From: Candidatus Micrarchaeota archaeon
GTDB taxonomy: Archaea > Micrarchaeota > Micrarchaeia > Norongarragalinales > JACRGE01
NCBI GenBank assembly: GCA_016212465.1
Contig: JACRGE010000034.1
Coordinates: 1 to 47,134, forward strand
Direction: 5' to 3'
DNA length: 47,134 bases
In this document: one piece after another, positions 27,959 through 36,971 of the stretch
Layout: each line of letters begins with the position of its first letter
Position numbering within the stretch: position 1 is the stretch's first letter
Translations under genes and position numbers: made by a program
The notes under the pieces: generated by a model
Seen by the model: the letters and a program-made list of their open reading frames with translations, nothing else
The model's database searches: none
Told to the model about the DNA's origin: nothing

Positions 27959-29220
27959 CTCAATCCCGTCTCAGTTTCTTGCTGCGGTTTCCAAACCAAT
28001 TCACGTTCCAGACCCTCTTTCGAGGCTTTTTCAACTTCTTCCTTCAAGTCCTGTATGGCATTCATGTAGTTGATGAAGTTCTCGTAAGGCCCCCAGTCCT
28101 TGTGGGGAGAGAAGTGCTTATGGACATCACCGTCGGCCCAACTCTTCGTGCACAAGTAATAAAGGTGGTCGGATGTCTGGAGGAGCCGCCAAAGCTCCCT
28201 CAGCTCACTGTTCTTGGTATTCTTCACCTTGTCTTCCATTCCCTCTAGTTCCTTGAAGCACGTCCACTGAAGCTGGTTTCCGAGCCAAGCTGAAACATCT
28301 CTCTCGAGGTCCGCCCACGAGAGGTTGAATGGAATATCTATCTCCCCCACTGCATCATATCTTTCAACAGTCTCGCTTGCGGTAAGGAAATCCAGGCCGT
28401 TCTTGATTGCTTCCTTCGGGAAATGCTCCAAGAACTGGAATATTCCACTGCCTTCCCAGTGGTGCTCTCCAAAGGTTTCGTAGTCCATGAAGAGGTTTAT
28501 CGTCTGTCCATTACATGCCTTTAGCCATGAGACATACTTGTCTGCCGTGAGCGGGAATTCGCTCCACCACTTAGCTGAAAAACGGTATCCCACATCGTCA
28601 CTGAGTTTGTAGTTCCTTAAGACAACCTTTATCCTCTCGCATCCCTTGGGTCTGTAGACATAGTTCGGTGAACGCCATCCAAGCACGTGCTCTATTCCTT
28701 CAGTGAGAATTCCTGCATATTCATTTTCTTCAGCTTCCCTTGCTATCGTGTTGTTATAGATGACTTCCGTGTTCCTGAAAACCTTGGGCTTTGCGCCGAA
28801 GACTTCCTTTATCTTCTCGGAATGCTGTTCCACTTGCTCCCAGAACTCCCTCCTGTTGCCGTAAAGCGAAGCAAGAGAATGGTAGTAGGTTTCGTTAAGG
28901 AATTCCACGCAACCCGTAGACGCAAGATGCTTGAAGCTCTTCAAAACCTCTTCGCCGCCTTCAAATTGTTCGCATTGCTCCAAAAAAGTTCCAGTGATGC
29001 TGAAACTTACCTTGAATTTTCCTTTCGTCTCCCTTATGTTGTTCAAGAGGATCTTGTTGGTTGGCAGATAGCATTTCTCAGCTGCTTTTTTGAAGTAACC
29101 TTCGTTCAGTTTCCTGTCGAAATATTGTTTTCTCAGGTTTTCGTTGTGCTCATGGAAGATGCTGAACCTACCCAGCCTGAAAGGCTGGTGGACGTGAAAA
29201 TACAGGAACACGCTTGGCAT
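27955..29220 (-). CDS. GH57 family alpha-amylase
   Basis: YFHVHQP, ETYYHSL, FRNTE, FMDYETFGEH, LQTSDH. Confidence 0.93.
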   Translation of the reverse strand: MPSVFLYFHVHQPFRLGRFSIFHEHNENLRKQYFDRKLNEGYFKKAAEKCYLPTNKILLNNIRETKGKFKVSFSITGTFLEQCEQFEGGEEVLKSFKHLASTGCVEFLNETYYHSLASLYGNRREFWEQVEQHSEKIKEVFGAKPKVFRNTEVIYNNTIAREAEENEYAGILTEGIEHVLGWRSPNYVYRPKGCERIKVVLRNYKLSDDVGYRFSAKWWSEFPLTADKYVSWLKACNGQTINLFMDYETFGEHHWEGSGIFQFLEHFPKEAIKNGLDFLTASETVERYDAVGEIDIPFNLSWADLERDVSAWLGNQLQWTCFKELEGMEDKVKNTKNSELRELWRLLQTSDHLYYLCTKSWADGDVHKHFSPHKDWGPYENFINYMNAIQDLKEEVEKASKEGLERELVWKPQQETETGLR

Positions 29221-29221
29221 G

Positions 29222-30427
29222 CTACCCCCTCAAACACTCTTCGTAAACCCCCTTGGTTTCATCAGCTGCCTTTTCCCAAGAGAAGCTCATCAAATCCTCG
29301 GAAAGGCCCTTCCTTATCGTATCACGCAACGCAGCGTACCTGAGTAACGCGATGATTTTGTTCGCCATTTCGTTCACGTCCCAGAAATCCACTTTCAGGC
29401 AGTGGTTCAGCACTTCCCCAACGCCAGCTGTTCTGGAGATGACACAAGGCGTTCCGCTCGCCATCGCTTCAAGCACTGTTATTCCGAAGGGCTCGCTTAC
29501 GCTCGGCAGAACATATACGTCGCTGATTGCATAGATAAGAGGAAGCTTTTCAGCCGGGATGTATCCCGTGAAAGTCACTCTATCTTGAATCCCCAGTTCA
29601 ATGGACATCTCAACGAGTCTTGGCAGCATGTCGCCTTTTCCGCTCACGATGAAGCGCGCGTCTGGAATCTTTTCCAGCACCTTTTTAGCTGCTTGCAGGA
29701 AAAACTCCGGTCCCTTTTGGATGCTCAGCCGGCCATGGAAGAGGACAACTGGGGAATTTATTCCGAACTGCTCCTTCTTCGCCTGCGTCCTGAACTGATC
29801 CAGTTGAGCTGCGTTGTATACCACCCTGATCTTTCCCTCGTTTGCCCCGAACCGCACCACCAACTGGTTTTTCATCATTTTGCTTACTGCAATGATCCTG
29901 TCTGCCTCCCTCACACCATCCCTTTCGATGTTCAAAATCCATTCGAATGGCCACAGGTTCGCAGTTCGGTCGTATTCAGTTGAATGCATCGTGAGCACAA
30001 GCGGCCGTCCAGTCCTTTTCTTGGAATCAATGCCGGCTTTCGTGCTGATCCAGTCATGGCAGTGAATCAAGTCGTAGTGTCTTTTCTTGTTGCTCCTTTC
30101 CACGATCCTTGCGCAAAGGAAGTTGTACCGGTTTACCGCTTCAAAGAAGTTCAGGTCATAGGGCACTCCGTTTTTTTCTTCATTCTTGCTTGCTTCCTTC
30201 ATGAGCCTGTAATACGGCCCCCATTCACTAGGAGTTGATTCCTTGAGCGCAGAGTCATCAACGAATACCAGGTTCATCCAAGGCGCCTTCACTCCTTCTG
30301 CTCTCGGCATATAGAAATCGATTTCAATTCCTTTCTCCGCAAGGGCTTTTGTGAGGTGATAGCAGTGGACTCCAAGGCCTCCGCTAACAAAAGGAGGCAA
30401 TTCCCAACCTAACATCGCGATTCTCAT
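29222..30427 (-). CDS. GT4 glycosyltransferase (glycogen synthase)
   Basis: WELPPFVSGGLG, IHCHDW, HSTEYDR, QKGP, PSVSEPFGI. Confidence 0.92.
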   Translation of the reverse strand: MRIAMLGWELPPFVSGGLGVHCYHLTKALAEKGIEIDFYMPRAEGVKAPWMNLVFVDDSALKESTPSEWGPYYRLMKEASKNEEKNGVPYDLNFFEAVNRYNFLCARIVERSNKKRHYDLIHCHDWISTKAGIDSKKRTGRPLVLTMHSTEYDRTANLWPFEWILNIERDGVREADRIIAVSKMMKNQLVVRFGANEGKIRVVYNAAQLDQFRTQAKKEQFGINSPVVLFHGRLSIQKGPEFFLQAAKKVLEKIPDARFIVSGKGDMLPRLVEMSIELGIQDRVTFTGYIPAEKLPLIYAISDVYVLPSVSEPFGITVLEAMASGTPCVISRTAGVGEVLNHCLKVDFWDVNEMANKIIALLRYAALRDTIRKGLSEDLMSFSWEKAADETKGVYEECLRG

Positions 30428-30687
30428 TCGGCATTCACTCGCTTAAAATATTCCGCTCCGCCTTTCATGCGCTGAAAATCGCTCATTTTCGCCAGCGTGA
30501 GTTTTCTATACGGCAATCCGCTTAGAATAAGAAATTAATCTGCATTATTAACCTTTTCTGGAGGCCAGTCACATTATCAAAATTAGGTTTCAACTAAGAA
30601 GTAAGAGAGAGGTAGAGAAGGCTTCTTTCCTTATCCATTAAATAATTTTACAATGGGTTTCGGCGTGGTTATAAAAAGAAGAGAAAA

Positions 30688-33033
30688 CTATTTCTTTGCC
30701 CCACCGTGCAGCATGATCTGCGCCAAAAGGGCTTCAAGCTGAATCCGTTCATTCGCTCCTTCAACCATTCTGAAACTGTATTCCCCCACCCTATCCACTA
30801 GCAGAACCTTTTCCTTGTCAGGCAAGTCTGATTTCACAATCTCTCTGTAGATCTGTTTTATTACGTCTTCACCGCTCATGCCGTATTTTATCATGACTTC
30901 ATCCAGCAGCTTCCTTGCCTCGGCGAAATTGCCTTTCAACGCAAGCGAAACCATCTTTTCAATCTCTTCTGGCCGTGCCCGTGAACTTACCTTGAAGATG
31001 TCCTCTTCGCTGATCTTATCATGGAGAATGGCTGCGCCTTGCAAGCAGTTTATTGCTTTCCTGGCATCACCGTCCGCCACATAAACAACTGCTTTCTTTG
31101 CTTTCTCATCCATCTTCAGGTCTTCTTCTTTCGCTATCGTCTCAATCAAGCCCGTCAATTCCTCATCGCTCAACCGCGACAGACGAAAAACAGCGCACCT
31201 GCTCTGGACTGGCTCAATGATCCTGGAGGAATAATTAGCTGAAAGACAGAACCTCGTGTTCCCGGAGTACTTTTCCATCGTTCTCCTGAGGGCCTGCTGC
31301 GCGTCGGCTGTGAGTGCATCTGCCTCGTCGAGGAATATGATCTTGAATGGAACACCTGAGAGCGCAAGCGTTCTCGCAAAGTCCTTTATCTTACCCCGCA
31401 CGGTATCTATCCCACGTTCGTCGCTGTTGTGAAGCAGTATAGGAGTTGTACCGCCGAAAAAGGTCTGAGCTTCGGGAACGCAAAAGTCATACACGTATCC
31501 TTGGTAATCGCTGACTTCCATCTCGCGAATCATTACTACAGACAACTGGGAGTGAAGGAACTTCCTCAAGTTCTCCTTTATTTTTTCCAGATGGCTTGGA
31601 AGTTCATCTGAAAAGCGGCTCAAGAATTCCATTGCTGCCTGCTTTGTGATTCTCTTGCTCCGCTTCGAGTAAAGCGCGTGGCGCAGGAAATACCTTGGGT
31701 TTCCCTTGCTTAAGGCTTTTGCCAGCTGGACGAATGGAGCAGTAGGAATGAAATCTGTTTTAATGTAGGAATACGAGGGTAGCTTCCAGACCGCTCTTGC
31801 TTCATTTTCAAAAACTGAGGTATCTATTCCCGACAGCCTTCCCAGCCATGCAACGTCGATTAAATTTTCGTGCGAGCGCGAACTGTAGCGCACGAATTCG
31901 TTCCATTTCCCGTGCGCATCGCCCATATAGCCTTTTAGGAAAGCAGTGCGAAGTTTAGGCTCTGCAGAATAAAAGAAATAGGGAATTCGCTTGGTCGTAG
32001 CGTTCTTTTTTGAAGCACCGTCGTAAAAGTTTTGTGAAAAGAATTTCGCGAGTTGGGAGTTGTATATTCTTACTTGAATGGAAGACATTCTGCTTCGGTC
32101 AAAGCCAGAACTTGCTTGTTTAATATTGCAAACCAGCCCAAAGTGTTCTTTTACGACGCGGGCCACCTCTTCCGCTAATTCAAGCTCAGCCGGGTAACCG
32201 AGCGTGAAAATCGTTTGGCCGCTTGTGCCATGCCTGAAACCGACGCATCCTTCTGCCAAATAAAGGCCGAAGAGCCACGCTAATTCCTCGTCTAATTCAA
32301 GTTCCCCGTAGACGTGCTTAACGCGCGGATTTCGCAAAATACCACTTTTTAGGACCGCATATTCTTGTGGCGCGTACTCGCTCAAATCCAAGCGTACTTT
32401 TTCTCCAGGTTGAGCCTCCGCAAATGTTATAAGAGAATCCCCTTTCTTCAGGCTTGAAACTTGTCTTGATTGAACCTCGCCGTGTTCATCCATGACCCTG
32501 ACCGAATGCTCCAGGCTTGTTCGAACTACACCCCCCTCGTACCGTATTTGCGCGATTTTTTCAACGCGGTGGCGCGAAATCCAGCTTACTGGCAGAAAAC
32601 GCACGCGATAGTCTCGATCGCAAGCCAGTACTTCAAGCCCGTCTGTTGTTGCGCGTTTGCTCGCATCGTCATTAAAATACTCTGCAGCCAAGTCCCCGAA
32701 GGTTGTTCTTCTGGCAATTCCCTTACTTCGGACGAGAATTGGCGTTTCCGGGGCGACACTTGCATTAAACTCCAGGACGCTCTGGCGGAAAGCATCCCCG
32801 TAAAGCTCGCTTGCGAGAGCCAGGATGCAAGTGGTTTTGCCGCAGCCGGCTGGGCCGGCGAAAAGAAGGTGTGGGAGATTCTTAGCTTTCACGAACGCCT
32901 GCAACCTTTTCACTACAGCATCATGCCCAACGACTTCACTCAGCTTTTTTGGCCTGTACTTCTCGGTCCATGGAATAAATTCCTCTGCATCTCTTGCTTG
33001 CCTTCCCTCCTTTGGATCAGGATTGTGACTCAT
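30688..33033 (-). CDS. rfcS: Replication factor C small subunit, intein-containing
   Basis: WTEKYRP, Walker A GPAGCGKTT, EFNA|SDERG split by an intein, LDEAD, SRC. Confidence 0.96.
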   Translation of the reverse strand: MSHNPDPKEGRQARDAEEFIPWTEKYRPKKLSEVVGHDAVVKRLQAFVKAKNLPHLLFAGPAGCGKTTCILALASELYGDAFRQSVLEFNASVAPETPILVRSKGIARRTTFGDLAAEYFNDDASKRATTDGLEVLACDRDYRVRFLPVSWISRHRVEKIAQIRYEGGVVRTSLEHSVRVMDEHGEVQSRQVSSLKKGDSLITFAEAQPGEKVRLDLSEYAPQEYAVLKSGILRNPRVKHVYGELELDEELAWLFGLYLAEGCVGFRHGTSGQTIFTLGYPAELELAEEVARVVKEHFGLVCNIKQASSGFDRSRMSSIQVRIYNSQLAKFFSQNFYDGASKKNATTKRIPYFFYSAEPKLRTAFLKGYMGDAHGKWNEFVRYSSRSHENLIDVAWLGRLSGIDTSVFENEARAVWKLPSYSYIKTDFIPTAPFVQLAKALSKGNPRYFLRHALYSKRSKRITKQAAMEFLSRFSDELPSHLEKIKENLRKFLHSQLSVVMIREMEVSDYQGYVYDFCVPEAQTFFGGTTPILLHNSDERGIDTVRGKIKDFARTLALSGVPFKIIFLDEADALTADAQQALRRTMEKYSGNTRFCLSANYSSRIIEPVQSRCAVFRLSRLSDEELTGLIETIAKEEDLKMDEKAKKAVVYVADGDARKAINCLQGAAILHDKISEEDIFKVSSRARPEEIEKMVSLALKGNFAEARKLLDEVMIKYGMSGEDVIKQIYREIVKSDLPDKEKVLLVDRVGEYSFRMVEGANERIQLEALLAQIMLHGGAKK
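31426..32760 (-). mobile_element. 445-aa intein with LAGLIDADG homing endonuclease
   Basis: Starts SVAPETPILV, ends VYDF..LLHN|S; block B TSLEHS; LFGLYLAEG and FLKGYMGD motifs. Confidence 0.93.
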
Positions 33034-33160
33034 TTCCCACCACCCAAAAATCTTCATTAGATGAATTCTGCGCTGATACCGCTAATGAAAACACTACGTG
33101 AAAAAAATTATTTAAATAGTATGCATAATGACTACACACTTATGCTGGAGGCGTGATAAA

Positions 33161-33496
33161 ATGATCGTTACTACCACGGAGAACATTCCTGGGTATGAGA
33201 TAAAGAAATATGTCGGAGTCGTGTGGTCTTCTTCAGCCCGCGCCAAGCATTTGGGCCACGACATTGCTGCAATGGCTAAAGCCGCTCTTGTGGGCGGAGA
33301 GCTTTCTTCTTACCGGAAGATGATGAACGAGGCGAGGAACGACGTGCTCCAGGGCATTATTAAAAACGCGGAAAAAATCGGCGCTAACGCCATCATTGGA
33401 GTCCGCCTCGGTTCAACGCAGATAATGCCTGCCACAGTTGATATTTTCGCCTACGGCACTGCTGTGATAATTGAAGAGGAAAAAAAGAAGAAATAG
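33161..33496 (+). CDS. YbjQ/UPF0145 family protein
   Basis: MIVTTTENIPG, GGEL..Y, GANAIIGVR, AYGTAV. Confidence 0.92.
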   Translation: MIVTTTENIPGYEIKKYVGVVWSSSARAKHLGHDIAAMAKAALVGGELSSYRKMMNEARNDVLQGIIKNAEKIGANAIIGVRLGSTQIMPATVDIFAYGTAVIIEEEKKKK

Positions 33497-33516
33497 CTGA
33501 TTGTTCGGTTGGAAAA

Positions 33517-34065
33517 ATGAATAGACTAATTAGAGAAATGAAGAACGCAGGATACGAACTTATTTCAACTGTTGAAGGTCCCGTCAGGTTCAGAGAGGTT
33601 GAACCTCGCGTCATGTTGGAAACAGTTTTTAAGCAGTGGCGGGAGCTGTATACCGGAAAGCTGCCTGTTGAAAAACCAGGATTGAGAGACCGCCTCGCGC
33701 GGGCAAGGATTGCATGGCAAATAAACCGCGATCCCCTTCATAAAACCTTGGGGGAAAAAGCGAGCGTTTCCAAAGTAACCCATTCTATGCTTTTCCTCAA
33801 GCCATTCGATGAAGAAACTTATGCGCCTTATGGGAGCGGCGTTCCATTTGATCCACGAATACCTTCCTCAAAAAATAAGTCCATTGCCCTTCACTCTGAA
33901 CGCATCCAAGTGGATCCCCTAGTGTCTGATTTTATTAACCGATCGGGGGAAACAAAACACGCTAATGCAACGATTCAGGTAGTCCAACACCCAACTAAGA
34001 AAAAGTATTTCCTTGCGATAATAAGGTTGAGAAATATTGACATAAAGTCCGTCAGGCGCTCTTGA
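33517..34065 (+). CDS. Hypothetical basic protein
   Basis: 182-aa ORF filling the gap after ybjQ; no motif recognised. Confidence 0.6.
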   Translation: MNRLIREMKNAGYELISTVEGPVRFREVEPRVMLETVFKQWRELYTGKLPVEKPGLRDRLARARIAWQINRDPLHKTLGEKASVSKVTHSMLFLKPFDEETYAPYGSGVPFDPRIPSSKNKSIALHSERIQVDPLVSDFINRSGETKHANATIQVVQHPTKKKYFLAIIRLRNIDIKSVRRS

Positions 34066-34231
34066 AGTCCCTTCTCTTGTCCATCTTTCCCCAGCAGTCT
34101 TTGCAGATGATTTTCCTCTCCCTTTTTTTAATCACTTTCGTGCTCTTCTCGCAGCTCCTGCATACTCTTCTGTTGCAGTAAAAACACTGCTCAAGCCAAT
34201 GGGTTTCCTTAGCGCATCTGTCGCACTTCAT
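34052..34231 (-). CDS. Small zinc-finger protein (4 CxxC)
   Basis: CDRC, CFYC, CRSC, CKDC. Confidence 0.8.
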   Translation of the reverse strand: MKCDRCAKETHWLEQCFYCNRRVCRSCEKSTKVIKKRERKIICKDCWGKMDKRRDFKSA

Positions 34232-34328
34232 TCCAATCCCCTTCTGCAAATATGCTAAACAAACGAATTAATCAATAGAATTCGCACTTATTATAGCGCA
34301 GTAGAAATATATAAATGCTAATTCAGGT

Positions 34329-34802
34329 GTGAGTTTGTACACTGAGAAAGAGCAGCAGGCGCTGGAAAAAAAGCTCGACCAACTAGGAAAATTCAAGCGA
34401 AGGGAGTGGACAAAAGAGCACTTCATCAAATTACTGAATGAAAAAAGAATCAAAAGGATAGACGAAAATCTGAAGGAAACGAAGAAAAAATACGCCCACT
34501 TGCCTTTGGAAGAGCAGGCAGTCCACATTCTCTACTTCGACCACATGGAAATCAACCCTGAGCACGTTCAAATAGAACGCCTTTCCCCAACCAAGTTGAG
34601 GACAGTCGCGCGCAACTTCTGCCCATACCTTGAGGCCTGCAAGCAACTGGGTTTGGACACCCGGGTCGTTTGCAGGAAGATTGGCGAGCCATCCATTCAC
34701 GAGATGCTCAAGCGAATAAATCCGCGGCTTAAATTTTCCAGAAATTACGACAACATCCGTCCTCACACTGATTTTTGCGAAGAATACTTTGAGCTCGTTT
34801 GA
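34329..34802 (+). CDS. Hypothetical protein with putative metal-binding Cys motif
   Basis: NFCPYLEAC..LGLDTR.VC..FSRNY..RP..FCEE; TATATAAA box at ~34308. Confidence 0.8.
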   Translation: MSLYTEKEQQALEKKLDQLGKFKRREWTKEHFIKLLNEKRIKRIDENLKETKKKYAHLPLEEQAVHILYFDHMEINPEHVQIERLSPTKLRTVARNFCPYLEACKQLGLDTRVVCRKIGEPSIHEMLKRINPRLKFSRNYDNIRPHTDFCEEYFELV

Positions 34803-34815
34803 AGTGTGGTTTAAA

Positions 34816-36114
34816 ATGCGCATTTTCATCAAAACATTCGGCTGCACCTTCAACAAAGCAGATTCGGATGGAATTGAAGTGGCTTTGGAACAGAGAGGTC
34901 ACTCCCTCACTAGAAACGAAACGAAGGCAGATTTCATCATCTTGAATACGTGCACAGTAAAGGAAGCAACCCAGAACAAGATTTTGAGAAAAATTTCTGA
35001 AACGGATGGAACAAAGCTCCTCGTAACCGGTTGCTTGGCTCAGGCTTCACCTGAGCTAATTGAAAAAGCAAACCCTTATGCTTCTATTATCGGCATTTTC
35101 CTTCAGTCACGAATTGCAGACGCAGTTGAAGAAATAAAAAAGGGAAATAAACTTGTTTGGAATTCTGGAAAAACTGCTTCGCCTTTACTCCCTAACGTGG
35201 ATGGCGTGATTTCAAGGATAAAGATCGCGCGAGGATGCTTGGGCAACTGCTCTTTCTGTGAAACCAAGTTCGCGCAAGGCAGTTTGGAGAGTTATTCACC
35301 AAAGGAAATATTACACTCCGCGGAGACTGCTGTAGAGAATGGAGCTAGGGAAATCCAGCTCTGCGCCCAGGACACGGGCTGCTATGGCTTTGACAGAGGA
35401 GTTGATTTGGCGGAACTGCTGAATTCGCTTGTGAAAATTGAAGGCAATTTTTTCATTAGAGTTGGAATGATGAACCCCGACCATGCAACTAAATTATTGC
35501 CGAGGCTGCTTTGTTCTTTTTCCAGCCCTAAAATATACAAGTTCATTCACTTCCCCGTCCAATCAGGCAGCGATTCTGTTTTGAAGGCGATGGAAAGACC
35601 GCACTTCGTAAGTGATTTCATTCGAGTCGTTTCCTCATTCAGGGAGCAATTCCCTGAAATCACTATTGCAACCGATGTGATTGTTGGCTTTCCTGGCGAG
35701 TCTGAAGCAGATTTCAAGAAAACGCTTGAGTTGATTGCATTGGTGAAACCAGACGTAGTCAACGTCTCGAAGTTTTCTGCGCGGCCGCACGCAAGAGCAT
35801 CCCAAATGAAGGGCTTGGAGAGATCGGAGATAAAGAGAAGGAGCGGAATCGCAAGCGCGCTCTGCAGACGAATTGCTTTGGAGAAAAACAAGGAGTCTGT
35901 GGGAAAAAAATGTGTGCTACTGATAAATGAAAAAGCGAGAGGATGGATGCAGGGGCGAAATCTTAATTACAAGCCCGTTCTAGTCAAGAAGGGAAACTTG
36001 GGGGAATTCCTTGAGGCTAGGGTTATCCAAGCTGGGCCGAGCCACTTGAAGGCCGAGGTGCTTGAAGGAGCCTTAAGGGATATTTATAATAATTCTTTTA
36101 AATTAAAGTCATAA
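34816..36114 (+). CDS. mtaB: tRNA t6A37 methylthiotransferase (archaeal MtaB/CDKAL1-type)
   Basis: TFGCTFN, NTCTVK, GCL, CLGNCSFC, RVGMMNP, PVQSG, C-terminal TRAM domain. Confidence 0.88.
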   Translation: MRIFIKTFGCTFNKADSDGIEVALEQRGHSLTRNETKADFIILNTCTVKEATQNKILRKISETDGTKLLVTGCLAQASPELIEKANPYASIIGIFLQSRIADAVEEIKKGNKLVWNSGKTASPLLPNVDGVISRIKIARGCLGNCSFCETKFAQGSLESYSPKEILHSAETAVENGAREIQLCAQDTGCYGFDRGVDLAELLNSLVKIEGNFFIRVGMMNPDHATKLLPRLLCSFSSPKIYKFIHFPVQSGSDSVLKAMERPHFVSDFIRVVSSFREQFPEITIATDVIVGFPGESEADFKKTLELIALVKPDVVNVSKFSARPHARASQMKGLERSEIKRRSGIASALCRRIALEKNKESVGKKCVLLINEKARGWMQGRNLNYKPVLVKKGNLGEFLEARVIQAGPSHLKAEVLEGALRDIYNNSFKLKS

Positions 36115-36148
36115 TATCTCTTGGGCTTGAAGCGGAGGAGATGCTTGA

Positions 36149-36898
36149 ATGAGTGGCTTCGGCGACATTCTTGAAAATTCTTATGAAGCATATGCGAGGA
36201 ACATAAGACTAATCTCTTTCTTCAGCGTTCCCTTTCTACTCGCCTTCTTGCTTGTGATTGTGTTCAAGCTACCCATATACGTCGCAAACGGCGGAATCTT
36301 TCTGAGATTCGGCAGCATAGAGCGTGGAGACCTCTCCATAACCGATACCCTGAGCATAACCGTAGTGTTCTTGGTAGCGCTTTTCTTGTTTTCCGTCGCC
36401 CTCGCTGCCATAAACCTGTTGATGAAATCCCAGAGGACGCTTGTTCGACTTACGACCGAGAACATAGTACAGGTTGAAGGAAATACCTTCAAGCTCTTTA
36501 CCGTGTTCTTGCTTGCTTTCTTTATAACGCTCGTGGCCAATGTCTACCTCTATAGGTATTTTCTCAACAACACAGTTGGCGCCTTCATTGCGTTACTGGT
36601 TTCACTTGCAGTTGTTTTCGTTCCTCAAGCCGTCGTTATAGACGGCCTCGGCATAATCAAATCTGTGAAAATGAGTTTTTCAGTGGTCTCCCGTAGGGCA
36701 ACATACTTCGTTTTCTTTCTCTTAATCGCTGCCGCGCTCTTGGTCCTAAACGCCTTGATCTTCCTGTGGCTCAGCGGCTTTTTGCCTGCATTAATTTATC
36801 TGCCTTTAGTAATCAATGCGCTGGTGATCCTTCCCTTCCTTGAAGTCCTAAAAACCCAGATTTATCTAAGTAAGTATACGCTCCTCCACAAAATGTGA
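36149..36898 (+). CDS. Six-TM hypothetical membrane protein
   Basis: Six hydrophobic segments; GGAGG SD. Confidence 0.8.
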   Translation: MSGFGDILENSYEAYARNIRLISFFSVPFLLAFLLVIVFKLPIYVANGGIFLRFGSIERGDLSITDTLSITVVFLVALFLFSVALAAINLLMKSQRTLVRLTTENIVQVEGNTFKLFTVFLLAFFITLVANVYLYRYFLNNTVGAFIALLVSLAVVFVPQAVVIDGLGIIKSVKMSFSVVSRRATYFVFFLLIAAALLVLNALIFLWLSGFLPALIYLPLVINALVILPFLEVLKTQIYLSKYTLLHKM

Positions 36899-36971
36899 CT
36901 AAGCCCACCTCGTCGAGTGAAATTTTTTATTTCCTTTAAGCTTACGTATTTTCCTTAAAAAGGGTGTAGAG

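Noticed and set aside
28687-29983. 218-aa and 193-aa plus-strand ORFs
   Set aside because: Antisense to the well-supported GH57 and GT4 genes
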